Shown here piece after piece: positions 14,661 to 31,199 of a stretch of 64,000 bases of DNA; positions within the stretch are counted from its first letter, which is position 1; each line of letters starts with the position of its first letter. Location: the NCBI RefSeq assembly GCF_009914755.1, contig NC_060939.1; one strand, given 5' to 3'. A program made the position numbers and the translations under genes. Origin of the DNA: the human T2T-CHM13v2.0 reference genome, Homo sapiens. Below the pieces are notes generated by a model. The model saw only the letters and a list, made by a program, of their open reading frames with translations. It made no database searches and was not told where the DNA came from.

Positions 14661-17600
14661 TCTATACTGTACAAAAAATATCAAAGTACCCAAAGCATGT
14701 ATTATATACTGTACATAAAATATGAAAGTACATCAAATATATATTTTATTCTGTACATAAAATATCAAAGTACACCAGATATATATTCTATAGTGTGCAT
14801 AAAATAACAAAGTACACACACTATAAATTATATACTGTACATAAAATATGAAATTACATCAAATATATATTAGGTACATAAAATATGAAAGTACATCAAA
14901 TATAGATTATATACTGTACATAAAATATCAATGTACCCCAAATATATATTTTATACTCTACATGAAATATCAAAGTTCACAAACCATATATTATATACTA
15001 TACATAAAATATCAAAGTACCCAAGGTATATATTCTATACTGTACAAAAAATATCAAAGTACCCAAAGCATGTATTATATACTGTACATAATATATGAAA
15101 GTACATCAATTATATATTTTATTCTGTACATAAAATATCAAAGTACACCAGATATATATTCTATAGTGTACATAAAATAACAAAGTACACAAACTATAAA
15201 TTATATACTGTACATAAAATATGAAATTACATCAAATATATATTAGGTACATAAAATATGAAAGTACATCAAATATAGATTATATACTGTACATAAAATA
15301 TCAATGTACCCCAAATATATATTTTATACTCTACATGAAATATCAAAGTTCACAATCCATATATTATATACTGTACATAAAATATCAAAGTAATGAAGGT
15401 ATATATTCTATACTGTACAAAAAATATCAAAATACCCAAAGCATGTATTATATACTGTGCATAAAATATGAAAGTACATCAAATACATATTTTATTCTGT
15501 ACATAAAATATCAAAGTACACCAGATATATATTCTTTAGTGTACATAAAATATTAAAGTACCCAAACTATACATTATATACTGTACATAAAATATGAAAT
15601 TACATCAAATATATATTATATTAGGTACATAAAATATGAAAGTATATCACATATAGATTATATACTGTACGTAAAATATCAAAGTACCTCAAATATATAT
15701 TATATACTGTACATGAAATATCAAAGTTCACAAACTATATATTATATACTGTACATAAAATATCAAAGTACCCAAGGTATATATTCTATACTGTACAAAA
15801 AATATCAAAGTACCAAAAGCATGTATTATATACTGTACATAAAATATGAAAGTACATCAAATATATGTTTTATTCTGTACATAAAATATCAAAGTACACC
15901 AGATATATTCTATAGTGTACATAAAATATCAAAATACCCAACTATATATTTTATACTGTACATAAAATATGAAATTACATCAAATATATATTAGGTACAT
16001 AAAATATGAAAGTACATCAAATATAGATAATATACTGTATATAAAATATCAAAGTACCCCAAATATATATTATATACTGTACATGAAATATCAAAGTTCA
16101 CAAACTATATATTATATACTGTACATAAAATATCAAAGTACCCAAGGTATATTTTCTATACTGTACAAAAAATATCAAAGTACCCAAAGCATGTATTATA
16201 TACTGTATATAAAATACGAATGTACATCAAATATATATTTTATTCTGTACATAAAATATCAAAGTACACCAGATATATATTCTATAGTGTACATAAAATA
16301 ACAGAGTACACAAACTATAAATTATATACTGTACATAACATATGAAATTACATCAAATATATATTATATTAGGTACATAAAATATGAAGGTACATCAAAT
16401 ATAGATTATATACTGTCCATAAAATATCAAAGTACCCAAGGTATATATTCTATACTGTACAAAAAATATCAAAGTACCCAAAGCATGTATTATATACTGT
16501 ACATAATATATGAAAGTACATCAATTATATATTTTATTCTGTACATAAAATATCAAAGTACACCAGATATATATTCTATAGTGTACATAAAATATCAAAG
16601 TACCCAAACTATACATTATATACGGTACATAAAATATGAAATTACATCAAATATATTTTATATTAGGTACATAAAATATGAAAGTACATCAAATATAGAT
16701 TATATACTGTACATAAAATATCAAAGTACCCCAAATATATATTATATACTCTACATGAAATATCAAAGTTCACAAACTATATATTATATACTGTACATAA
16801 AATATCAAACTACCCAAGGTATATATTCTATACTGCACAAAAAATATCAAAGTAACAAAAGCATGTATTATAAACTGTACATAAAATATGAAAGTACATC
16901 AAATATATATTTTATTCTGTACATAAAATATCAAAGTACACCAGATATATATTCTATAGAGTACATAAAATATCAAAGTACCCAAACTATACATTATATA
17001 CTGTACATAAAATATGAAATTACATCAAATATATATTAGGTACATAAAATATGAAAGTACATCTAATATAGATTATATACTGTACATAAAATATCAATGT
17101 ACCCCAAATATATATTTTATACTCTACATGAAATATCAAAGTTCAGAAACCATATATTGTATACTGTACATAAAATATCAAAATACCCAAGGTATATATT
17201 CTATACTGTACAAAAAATATCAAAGTACCCAAAGCATGTATTATATACTGTACATAAAATATGAAAGTACATCAAATATATATTTTACTCTGTACAGAAA
17301 ATATCAAAGTACACCAGTTATATATTCTATAGTGTACATAAAATATCAAAGTACCCAAACTATACATTATATACTGTACATAAAATATGAGATTACATCA
17401 AATATATATTATATTAGGTACAAAAAATATGAAAGTACATCAAATATAGATTATATACTGTACATAAAATATCAAAGTACACCAAATATATATTATATAC
17501 TCTACATGAAATATCAAAGTTCACAAACTATATATTATATACTGTACATAAAATATCAAAGTACCCAAGGTATATATTCTATACTGTACAAAAAATATCA

Positions 17601-20259
17601 AAGTACCCAAAGCATGTATTATATACTGTATATAAAATATGAAAGTACATTAAATATATATTTTATTCTGTACATAAAATATCAAAGTACACCAGATATA
17701 TATTCTATAGTGTACATAAAATAACAAAGTACACAAACTATAAATTATATACTGTACATAAAATATGAAATTACATCAAATATATATTATATTAGGTACA
17801 TAAAATATGAAAGTACATCAAATATAGATTATATACTGTCCATAAAATATCAAAGTACCCAAGGTATATATTCTATACTGTACAAAAAATATCAAAGTAC
17901 CCAAAGCATGTATTATATACTGTACATAAAATATGAAAGTACATCAAATATATATTTTATTCTGTACATAAAATATCAAAGTACACCAGATATATATTCT
18001 ATAGTGTGTATAAAATAACAAAGTACACACACTATAAATTATATACTGTACATAAAATATGAAATTACATCAAATATATATTAGGTACATAAAATATGAA
18101 AGTACATCAAATATAGATTATATACTGTACATAAAATATCAATGTACCCCAAATATATATTTTATACTCTACATGAAATATCAAAGTTCACAAACCATAT
18201 ATTATATACTATACATAAAATATCAAAGTACTCAAGGTATATATTCTATACTGTACAAAAAATATCAAAGTACCCAAAGCATGTATTATATACTGTATAT
18301 AAAATATGAATGTACATCAAATATATATTTTATTCTGTACATAAAATATCAAAGTACACCAGATATATATTCTATAGTGTACATAAAATAACAGAGTACA
18401 CAAACTATAAATTATATACTGGACATAAAATATGAAATTACATCAAATATATATTAGGTACATAAAATATGAAAGTACATCACATATAGATTATATACTG
18501 TACATAAAATATCAATGTACCCAAAATATATATTTTATACTCTACATGAAATATCAAAGTTCACAAACCATATATTATATGCTGTACATAATATATCAAA
18601 GTACCCAAGGTATATATTCTATACTGTACAAAAAATATCAAAGTACCCAAAGCATGTATTATATACTGTACATAAAATATGAAAGTACATCAAATATATG
18701 TTTTATTCTGTACATAAAATATCAAAGTACACCAGATATATATTCTATAGTGTACATAAAATATCAAAATACCCAACTATATATTTTATACTGTACATAA
18801 AATATGAAATTACATCAAATATATATTAGGTACATAAAATATGAAAGTACATCAAATATAGATAATATACTGTATATAAAATATCAAAGTACCCCAAATA
18901 TATATTATATACTGTACATGAAATATCAAAGTTCACAAACTATATATTATATACTGTACATAAAATATCAAAGTACCCAAGGTATATTTTCTATACTGTA
19001 CAAAAAATATCAAAGTACCCAAAGCATGTATTATATACTGTATATAAAATATGAATGTACATCAAATATATATTTTATTCTGTACATAAAATATCAAAGT
19101 ACACCAGATATATATTCTATAGTGTACATAAAATAACAGAGTACACAAACTATAAATTATATACTGTACATAAAATATGAAATTACATCAAATATATATT
19201 ATATTAGGTACATAAAATATGAAGGTACATCAAATATAGATTATATACTGTCCATAAAATATCAAAGTACCCAAGGTATATATTCTATACTGTACAAAAA
19301 ATATCAAAGTACCCAAAGCATGTATTATATACTGTATATAAAATATGAAAGTACATTAAAGATATATTTTATTCTGTACATAAAATATCAAAGTACACCA
19401 GATATATATTCTATAGTGTACATAAAATAACAAAGTACACAAACTATAAATTATATACTGTACATAAAATATGAAATTACATCAAATATATATTAGGTAC
19501 ATAAAATATGAAAGTACAGCAAATATAGATTATATACTGTACATAAAATATCAATGTACCCCAAATATATATTTTATACTCTACATGAAATATCAAAGTT
19601 CACAAACCATATATTATATACTGTACATAAAATATCAAAGTACCCAAGGTATATATTCTATACTGTACAAAAAATATCAAAGTACCGAAAGCATGTATTA
19701 TATACTGTACATAAAATATGAAAGTACATCAATTATATATTTTATTCTGTACATAAAATATCAAAGTACACCAGATATATATTCTATAGTGTCCATAAAA
19801 TAAAAAAGTACCCAAACTATACATTATATACTGTACATAAAATATGAAATTACATCAAATATATATTAGGTACATAAAATATGAAAGTACATCAAATATA
19901 GATTATATAATGTACATAAAATATCAAAGTACCCCAAATATATATTATATACTGTACATGAAATATCAAAGTTCACAAACTATATATTATATACTGTACA
20001 TAAAATATCAAAGTACCCAGGGTATATATTCTATACTGTACAAAAAAATATCAAAGTACCCAAAGCATGTATTATATACTGTACATAAAATATGAAAGTA
20101 CATCAAATATATATTTTCTTCTGTACATAAAATATCAAAGTACACCAGATATATATTCTGTAGTGTACATAAAATATCAAAGTACACAAACTATACATTA
20201 TATACTGTACATAAAATATGAAATTACATCAAATATATATTAGGTACATAAAATATGAA

Positions 20260-22190
20260 AGTACATCAAATGTATATTTTATTCTGTACATAAAATATCA
20301 AAGTACACCAAATATATATTCCATAGTATATATAAAATATCAAAGTACCCAAACTATACATTATATACTGTACATAAAATATGAAATTAGGTCAAATATA
20401 TATTATATTAGGTACATAAAATTTGAAAGTACATCAAATATAGATTATCTATTCTACATAAAATATCAAAGTACCCCAAATATACATTATATACTCTACA
20501 TGAAATATCAAAATACACAAACTATATATTATATACTGTACATAAAATATCAAAGTACCCAAGGTATGTATTCTATACTGTACAAAAAATATCAAAGTTC
20601 CCAAAGCAAGTATTATATACCATACATAAAATATGAAAGTACATCAAATATATATTTTATTCTGCACATAAAATATGAAAGTACACAAGATCTATATTTT
20701 ATAGTGTACATAAAATATCAAAGTACAGAAACTATACATTATGTATTGTACATAAAATATGAAATTTCATCAAGTATATATTAGGTACATAAAATATGAA
20801 AGTACATCAAATATAGATTATATACTATACATAAAATATCAAAGTACACCAAATATATATTATATACTGTATATGAAATATAAAAGTTCACAAACTATAT
20901 ATTATATACTATACATAAAATATCAAAGTACCCAAGGTATATATTCTATACTGTACAAAAAATATCAAAGTACCTAAAGCATGTATTATATACTGTACCT
21001 AATATATGAAACTACATCAATTATATATTTTATTCTGTACATAAAATATCAAAGTACACCAGATATATATTCTATAGTGTACATAAAATATCAAAGTACC
21101 CAAACTATGCATTATATACTGTACATAAAATATGAAATTACATCAAATATATATTAGGTACATGAAATATGAAAGTACTTCCATTATAGATTATATACTG
21201 TCCATAAAATATCAAAGTACCCAAGGTATATATTCTATACTGTACAAAAAATATCAAAGTACCCAAAGCTTGTATTATATACTGTACATAAAATATGAAA
21301 GTACATCAAATATATATTTTATCCTGTACATAAAATATGAAAGTACACCAGATATATATTCTATAGTGTACATAAAATATCAAAGTACTCAAACTATACA
21401 TTATATACTGTACATAAAATATGAAATTACATCAAATATATATTATATTAGGAACATAAAATATGAAAGTACATCAAATATAGATTATATACTGTACATT
21501 AAATACCAAAGTACCCCAAATATATATTTTATACTGTACATGAAATATCAAAGTTCACAAACTATATATTATATACTGTACATATAATATCAAAGTACCC
21601 AAGGTATATATTCTATACTGTACAAAAAATAACAAAGTACCAAAAGCATGTATTATATACTGTACCTAAACTATGAAAGTACATCAAATATATATTTTAT
21701 TCTGTACATAAAATATCAAAGTACACCAGATATATATTCTATAGTGTACATAAAATATCAAAGTACCCAAACTATACATTATATACTGTACATAAAATAT
21801 GAAATTACTTCAAATATATACTATATTAGGTACATATAATATGAAAGTACATCAAATATTGATTCTGTACTGTTCATAAAATATCAATGTACCCCAAATA
21901 TATATTTTATACTCGACATGAAATATCAAAGTTCACAAACCATATATTATATACTGTATATAAAATATCAAAGTACCCAAGGTATATATTCTATACTGTA
22001 CAAAAAATATCAAAGTACCCAAAGCATGTATTATATACAGTACATAAAATATGAAAGTACATCAAATATATTTTTTATTCTGTATATAAAATATCAAAGT
22101 ACACCAGATATATATTCTATAGTGTACATAAAATATCAAAGTACCCAAACTATACATTATATACTGTACATAAAATATGAAATTACATAA
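20260..22190 (+). repeat. Diverged HSat1A block with dense private variants; recurs at ~27845, ~42720, ~50305 and partially at ~22966 and ~45426
   Basis: Markers include GAAATTAGGTCA, AAATTTGAAAG, TTATCTATTCTAC, AGTTCCCAAAGCAAG, ACAAGATCTAT, TACTTCCATTATAG and ATTGATTCTGTACTGTTC. The same diagnostic ORF start occurs at 20218, 22924, 27803, 42678, 45384 and 50263. Confidence 0.88.
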
Positions 22191-25100
22191 AATATATATT
22201 AGGTACATAAAATATGAAAGTACAGCAAATATAGATTATATACTGTACATAAAATATCAATGTACCCCAAATATATATTTTATACTCTACATGAAATATC
22301 AAAGTTCACAAACCATATATTATATACTGTACATAAAATATCAAAGTACCCAAGGTATATATTCTATACTGTACAAAAAATATCAAAGTACCGAAAGCAT
22401 GTATTATATACTGTACATAAAATATGAAAGTACATCAATTATATATTTTATTCTGTACATAAAATATCAAAGTACACCAGATATATATTCTATAGTGTCC
22501 ATAAAATAAAAAAGTACCCAAACTATACATTATATACTGTACATAAAATATGAAATTACATCAAATATATATTAGGTACATAAAATATGAAAGTACATCA
22601 AATATAGATTATATAATGTACATAAAATATCAAAGTACCCCAAATATATATTATATACTGTACATGAAATATCAAAGTTCACAAACTATATATTATATAC
22701 TGTACATAAAATATCAAAGTACCCAGGGTATATATTCTATACTGTACAAAAAAATATCAAAGTACCCAAAGCATGTATTATATACTGTACATAAAATATG
22801 AAAGTACATCAAATATATATTTTCTTCTGTACATAAAATATCAAAGTACACCAGATATATATTCTATAGTGTACATAAAATATCAAAGTACACAAACTAT
22901 ACATTATATACTGTACATAAAATATGAAATTACATCAAATATATATTAGGTACATAAAATATGAAAGTACATCAAATGTATATTTTATTCTGTACATAAA
23001 ATATCAAAGTACACCAAATATATATTCCATAGTATATATAAAATATCAAAGTACCCAAACTATACATTATATACTGTACATAAAATATGAAATTAGGTCA
23101 AATATATATTATATTAGGTACATAAAATTTGAAAGTACATCAAATATAGATTATCTATTCTACATAAAATATCAAAGTACCCCAAATATACATTATATAC
23201 TCTACATGAAATATCAAAATACACAAACTATATATTATATACTGTACATAAAATATCAAAGTACCCAAGGTATGTATTCTATACTGTACAAAAAATATCA
23301 AAGTTCCCAAAGCAAGTATTATATACCATACATAAAATATGAAAGTACATCAAATATATATTTTATTCTGCACATAAAATATGAAAGTACACAAGATCTA
23401 TATTTTATAGTGTACATAAAATATCAAAGTACAGAAACTATACATTATGTATTGTACATAAAATATGAAATTACATCAAATATATATTATATTAGGTACA
23501 TAAAATATGAAAGTACATCAAATATAGATTATATACTGTACATAAAATATCAAAGTACCCCAAATATATATTATATACTCTACATGAAATATCAAAGTTC
23601 ACAAACTATATATTATATACTGTCCATAAAATATCAAAGTACCCAAGGTATATATTCTATACTGTACAAAAAATATCAAAGTACCCAAAGCATGTATTAT
23701 ATACTGTACATAATATATGAAAGTACATCAATTATATATTTTATTCTGTACATAAAATATCAAAGTACACCAGATATATATTCTATAGTGTACATAAAAT
23801 ATCAATGTACCCAAACTATACATTATATACGGTACATAAAATATGAAATTACATCAAATATATTTTATATTAGGTACATAAAATATGAAAGTACATCAAA
23901 TATAGATTATATACTGTACATAAAATATCAAAGTACCCCAAATATATATTATATACTCTACATGAAATATCAAAGTTCACAAACTATATATTATATACTG
24001 TACATAAAATATCAAAGTACCCAAGGTATATATTCTATACTGCACAAAAAATATCAAAGTACCCAAAGCATGTATTATAAACTGTACATAAAATATGAAA
24101 GTACATCAAATATATATTTTATTCTGTACATAAAATATCAAAGTACACCAGATATATATTCTATAGTGTACATAAAATATCAAAGTACCCAAACTATACA
24201 TTATATACTGTACATAAAATATGAAATTACATCAAATATATATTAGGTACATAAAATATGAAAGTACATCTAATATAGATTATATACTGTACATAAAATA
24301 TCAATGTACCCCAAATATATATTTTATACTCTACATGAAATATCAAAGTTCAGAAACCATATATTGTATACTGTACATAAAATATCAAAATACCCAAGGT
24401 ATATATTCTATACTGTACAAAAAATATCAAAGTACCCAAAGCATGTATTATATACTGTACATAAAATATGAAAGTACATCAAATATATATTTTACTCTGT
24501 ACAGAAAATATCAAAGTACGCCAGTTATATATTCTATAGTGTACATAAAATATCAAAGTACCCAAACTATACATTATATACTGTACATAAAATATGAGAT
24601 TACATCAAATATATATTATATTAGGTACAAAAAATATGAAAGTACATCAAATATAGATTATATACTGTACATAAAATATCAAAGTACACCAAATATATAT
24701 TATATACTCTACATGAAATATCAAAGTTCACAAACTATATATTATATACTGTACATAAAATATCAAAGTACCCAAGGTATATATTCTATACTGTACAAAA
24801 AATATCAAAGTACCCAAAGCATGTATTATATACTGTATATAAAATATGAAAGTACATTAAATATATATTTTATTCTGTACATAAAATATCAAAGTACACC
24901 AGATATATATTCTATAGTGTACATAAAATAACAAAGTACACAAACTATAAATTATATACTGTACATAAAATATGAAATTACATCAAATATATATTATATT
25001 AGGTACATAAAATATGAAAGTACATCAAATATAGATTATATACTGTCCATAAAATATCAAAGTACCCAAGGTATATATTCTATACTGTACAAAAAATATC

Positions 25101-28100
25101 AAAGTACCCAAAGCATGTATTATATACTGTACATAAAATATGAAAGTACATCAAATATATATTTTATTCTGTACATAAAATATCAAAGTACACCAGATAT
25201 ATATTCTATAGTGTGCATAAAATAACAAAGTACACACACTATAAATTATATACTGTACATAAAATATGAAATTACATCAAATATATATTAGGTACATAAA
25301 ATATGAAAGTACATCAAATATAGATTATATACTGTACATAAAATATCAATGTACCCCAAATATATATTTTATACTCTACATGAAATATCAAAGTTCACAA
25401 ACCATATATTATATACTATACATAAAATATCAAAGTACCCAAGGTATATATTCTATACTGTACAAAAAATATCAAAGTACCCAAAGCATGTATTATATAC
25501 TGTACATAATATATGAAAGTACATCAATTATATATTTTATTCTGTACATAAAATATCAAAGTACACCAGATATATATTCTATAGTGTACATAAAATAACA
25601 AAGTACACAAACTATAAATTATATACTGTACATAAAATATGAAATTACATCAAATATATATTAGGTACATAAAATATGAAAGTACATCAAATATAGATTA
25701 TATACTGTACATAAAATATCAATGTACCCCAAATATATATTTTATACTCTACATGAAATATCAAAGTTCACAATCCATATAATATATACTGTACATAAAA
25801 TATCAAAGTAACGAAGGTATATATTCTATACTGTACAAAAAATATCAAAATACCCAAAGCATGTATTATATACTGTGCATAAAATATGAAAGTACATCAA
25901 ATACATATTTTATTCTGTACATAAAATATCAAAGTACACCAGATATATATTCTTTAGTGTACATAAAATATTAAAGTACCCGAACTATACATTATATACT
26001 GTACATAAAATATGAAATTATATCAAATATATATTATATTAGGTACATAAAATATGAAAGTATATCACATATAGATTATATACTGTACGTAAAATATCAA
26101 AGTACCTCAAATATATATTATATACTGTACATGAAATATCAAAGTTCACAAACTATATATTATATACTGTACATAAAATATCAAAGTACCCAAGGTATAT
26201 ATTCTATACCGAACAAAAAATATCAAAGTACCAAAAGCATGTATTATATACTGTACATAAAATATGAAAGTACATCAAATATATGTTTTATTCTGTACAT
26301 AAAATATCAAAGTACACCAGATATATATTCTATAGTGTACATAAAATATCAAAATACCCAACTATATATTTTATACTGTACATAAAATATGAAATTACAT
26401 CAAATATATATTAGGTACATAAAATATGAAAGTACATCAAATATAGATAATATACTGTATATAAAATATCAAAGTACCCCAAATATATATTATATACTGT
26501 ACATGAAATATCAAAGTTCACAAACTATATATTATATACTGTACATAAAATATCAAAGTACCCAAGGTATATTTTCTATACTGTACAAAAAATATCAAAG
26601 TACCCAAAGCATGTATTATATACTGTATATAAAATATGAATGTACATCAAATATATATTTTATTCTGTACATAAAATATCAAAGTACACCAGATATATAT
26701 TCTATAGTGTACATAAAATAACAGAGTACACAAACTATAAATTATATACTGTACATAAAATATGAAATTACATCAAATATATATTATATTAGGTACATAA
26801 AATATGAAGGTACATCAAATATAGATTATATACTGTCCATAAAATATCAAAGTACCCAAGGTATATATTCTATACTGTACAAAAAATATCAAAGTACCCA
26901 AAGCATGTATTATATACTGTATATAAAATATGAAAGTACATTAAAGATATATTTTATTCTGTACATAAAATATCAAAGTACACCAGATATATATTCTATA
27001 GTGTACATAAAATAACAAAGTACACAAACTATAAATTATATACTGTACATAAAATATGAAATTACATCAAATATATATTAGGTACATAAAATATGAAAGT
27101 ACAGCAAATATAGATTATATACTGTACATAAAATATCAATGTACCCCAAATATATATTTTATACTCTACATGAAATATCAAAGTTCACAAACCATATATT
27201 ATATACTGTACATAAAATATCAAAGTACCCAAGGTATATATTCTATACTGTACAAAAAATATCAAAGTACCGAAAGCATGTATTATATACTGTACATAAA
27301 ATATGAAAGTACATCAATTATATATTTTATTCTGTACATAAAATATCAAAGTACACCAGATATATATTCTATAGTGTCCATAAAATAAAAAAGTACCCAA
27401 ACTATACATTATATACTGTACATAAAATATGAAATTACATCAAATATATATTAGGTACATAAAATATGAAAGTACATCAAATATAGATTATATAATGTAC
27501 ATAAAATATCAAAGTACCCCAAATATATATTATATACTGTACATGAAATATCAAAGTTCACAAACTATATATTATATACTGTACATAAAATATCAAAGTA
27601 CCCAGGGTATATATTCTATACTGTACAAAAAAATATCAAAGTACCCAAAGCATGTATTATATACTGTACATAAAATATGAAAGTACATCAAATATATATT
27701 TTCTTCTGTACATAAAATATCAAAGTACACCAGATATATATTCTATAGTGTACATAAAATATCAAAGTACACAAACTATACATTATATACTGTACATAAA
27801 ATATGAAATTACATCAAATATATATTAGGTACATAAAATATGAAAGTACATCAAATGTATATTTTATTCTGTACATAAAATATCAAAGTACACCAAATAT
27901 ATATTCCATAGTATATATAAAATATCAAAGTACCCAAACTATACATTATATACTGTACATAAAATATGAAATTAGGTCAAATATATATTATATTAGGTAC
28001 ATAAAATTTGAAAGTACATCAAATATAGATTATCTATTCTACATAAAATATCAAAGTACCCCAAATATACATTATATACTCTACATGAAATATCAAAATA

Positions 28101-31100
28101 CACAAACTATATATTATATACTGTACATAAAATATCAAAGTACCCAAGGTATGTATTCTATACTGTACAAAAAATATCAAAGTTCCCAAAGCAAGTATTA
28201 TATACCATACATAAAATATGAAAGTACATCAAATATATATTTTATTCTGCACATAAAATATGAAAGTACACAAGATCTATATTTTATAGTGTACATAAAA
28301 TATCAAAGTACAGAAACTATACATTATGTATTGTACATAAAATATGAAATTTCATCAAGTATATATTAGGTACATAAAATATGAAAGTACATCAAATATA
28401 GATTATATACTATACATAAAATATCAAAGTACACCAAATATATATTATATACTGTATATGAAATATAAAAGTTCACAAACTATATATTATATACTATACA
28501 TAAAATATCAAAGTACCCAAGGTATATATTCTATACTGTACAAAAAATATCAAAGTACCTAAAGCATGTATTATATACTGTACCTAATATATGAAACTAC
28601 ATCAATTATATATTTTATTCTGTACATAAAATATCAAAGTACACCAGATATATATTCTATAGTGTACATAAAATATCAAAGTACCCAAACTATGCATTAT
28701 ATACTGTACATAAAATATGAAATTACATCAAATATATATTAGGTACATGAAATATGAAAGTACTTCCATTATAGATTATATACTGTCCATAAAATATCAA
28801 AGTACCCAAGGTATATATTCTATACTGTACAAAAAATATCAAAGTACCCAAAGCTTGTATTATATACTGTACATAAAATATGAAAGTACATCAAATATAT
28901 ATTTTATCCTGTACATAAAATATGAAAGTACACCAGATATATATTCTATAGTGTACATAAAATATCAAAGTACTCAAACTATACATTATATACTGTACAT
29001 AAAATATGAAATTACATCAAATATATATTATATTAGGAACATAAAATATGAAAGTACATCAAATATAGATTATATACTGTACATTAAATACCAAAGTACC
29101 CCAAATATATATTTTATGCTGTACATGAAATATCAAAGTTCACAAACTATATATTATATACTGTACATATAATATCAAAGTACCCAAGGTATATATTCTA
29201 TACTGTACAAAAAATAACAAAGTACCAAAAGCATGTATTATATACTGTACCTAAACTATGAAAGTACATCAAATATATATTTTATTCTGTACATAAAATA
29301 TCAAAGTACACCAGATATATATTCTATAGTGTACATAAAATATCAAAGTACCCAAACTATACATTATATACTGTACATAAAATATGAAATTACTTCAAAT
29401 ATATACTATATTAGGTACATATAATATGAAAGTACATCAAATATTGATTCTGTACTGTTCATAAAATATCAATGTACCCCAAATATATATTTTATACTCG
29501 ACATGAAATATCAAAGTTCACAAACCATATATTATATACTGTATATAAAATATCAAAGTACCCAAGGTATATATTCTATACTGTACAAAAAATATCAAAG
29601 TACCCAAAGCATGTATTATATACAGTACATAAAATATGAAAGTACATCAAATATATTTTTTATTCTGTATATAAAATATCAAAGTACACCAGATATATAT
29701 TCTATAGTGTACATAAAATATCAAAGTACCCAAACTATACATTATATACTGTACATAAAATATGAAATTACATAAAATATATATTTGGTACATAAAATAT
29801 GAAAGTACATAAAATATAGTTTATATACTATACATAAAATATCAATGTACAACAAATATATATTTTATACTCTACATGAAATATCAAATTTCACAAACTA
29901 TATATTATATAATGTACATAAAATATCAAAGTACACAAGGTATATATTCTATACTGTACAAAAAATATCAAAGTACCCAAAGCATGTATTATATACTGTA
30001 CATAAAGTATGAAAGTACATCAAATATATATTTTATTCTGTACATAAAATATCAAAGTACACCAGATATATATTCTATAGTGTACATAAAATAACAAAGT
30101 ACTCAAACTATAAATTATATACTGTATATAAAATATGAAATTACATCAAAAATATATTAGGTACATAAAATATGAAAGTACATCAAATATAGATTATATA
30201 CTGTACATAAAATATCAATGTACCCCAAATATATATTTTATACTCTACATGAAATATCAAAGTTCAGAAACCATATATTGTATACTGTACATAAAATATC
30301 AAAATACCCAAGGTATATATTCTATACTGTACAAAATATATCAAAGTACCCAAAGCATGTATTATATACTGTACATAAAATATGAAAGTACATCAAATAT
30401 ATATTTTATTCTGTACATAAAATATCAAAGTACACCAGATATATATTCTATAGTGTACATAAAATATCAAAGTACCCAAACTATACATTATATACTGTAC
30501 ATAAAATATGAAATTACATCAAATATATATTAGGTACATAAAATATGAAAGTACATCAAATATAGATTATATACTGTACATAAAATATCAAAGTACACCA
30601 AATATATATTATATACTGTATATGAAATATCAAAGTTCACAAACTATATATTATATACTGTACATAAAATATCAAAGTACCCAAGGTATATATTCTATAC
30701 TGTACAAAAAATATTAAAGTACCCAAAGCATGTATTATATACTGTACATAAAATATGAAAGTACATCAAATATATATTTTATTCTGTACATAAAATATCA
30801 AAGTACACCAGATATATATTCTATAGTGTACATAAAATATCAAAGTACCCAAACTATACATTATATACTGTACATAAAATATGAAATTACATCAAATATA
30901 TATTATATTATGTACATAAAATATGAATGTACATCAAATATAGATTATATACTGTACATAAAATATCAAAGTACCCCAAATATATATTATATACTCTACA
31001 GGAAATATCAAAGTTCACAAACCATATATTATATACTGTACATAAAATATCAAAGTACCCAAGGTATATATTCTATACTGTACAAAAAATATCAAAGTAC

Positions 31101-31199
31101 CCAAAGCATGTATTATATACTGTATATAAAATATGAAAGTACATCAAATATATATTTTATTCTGTACATAAAATATCAAAGTACACCAGATATATATTC

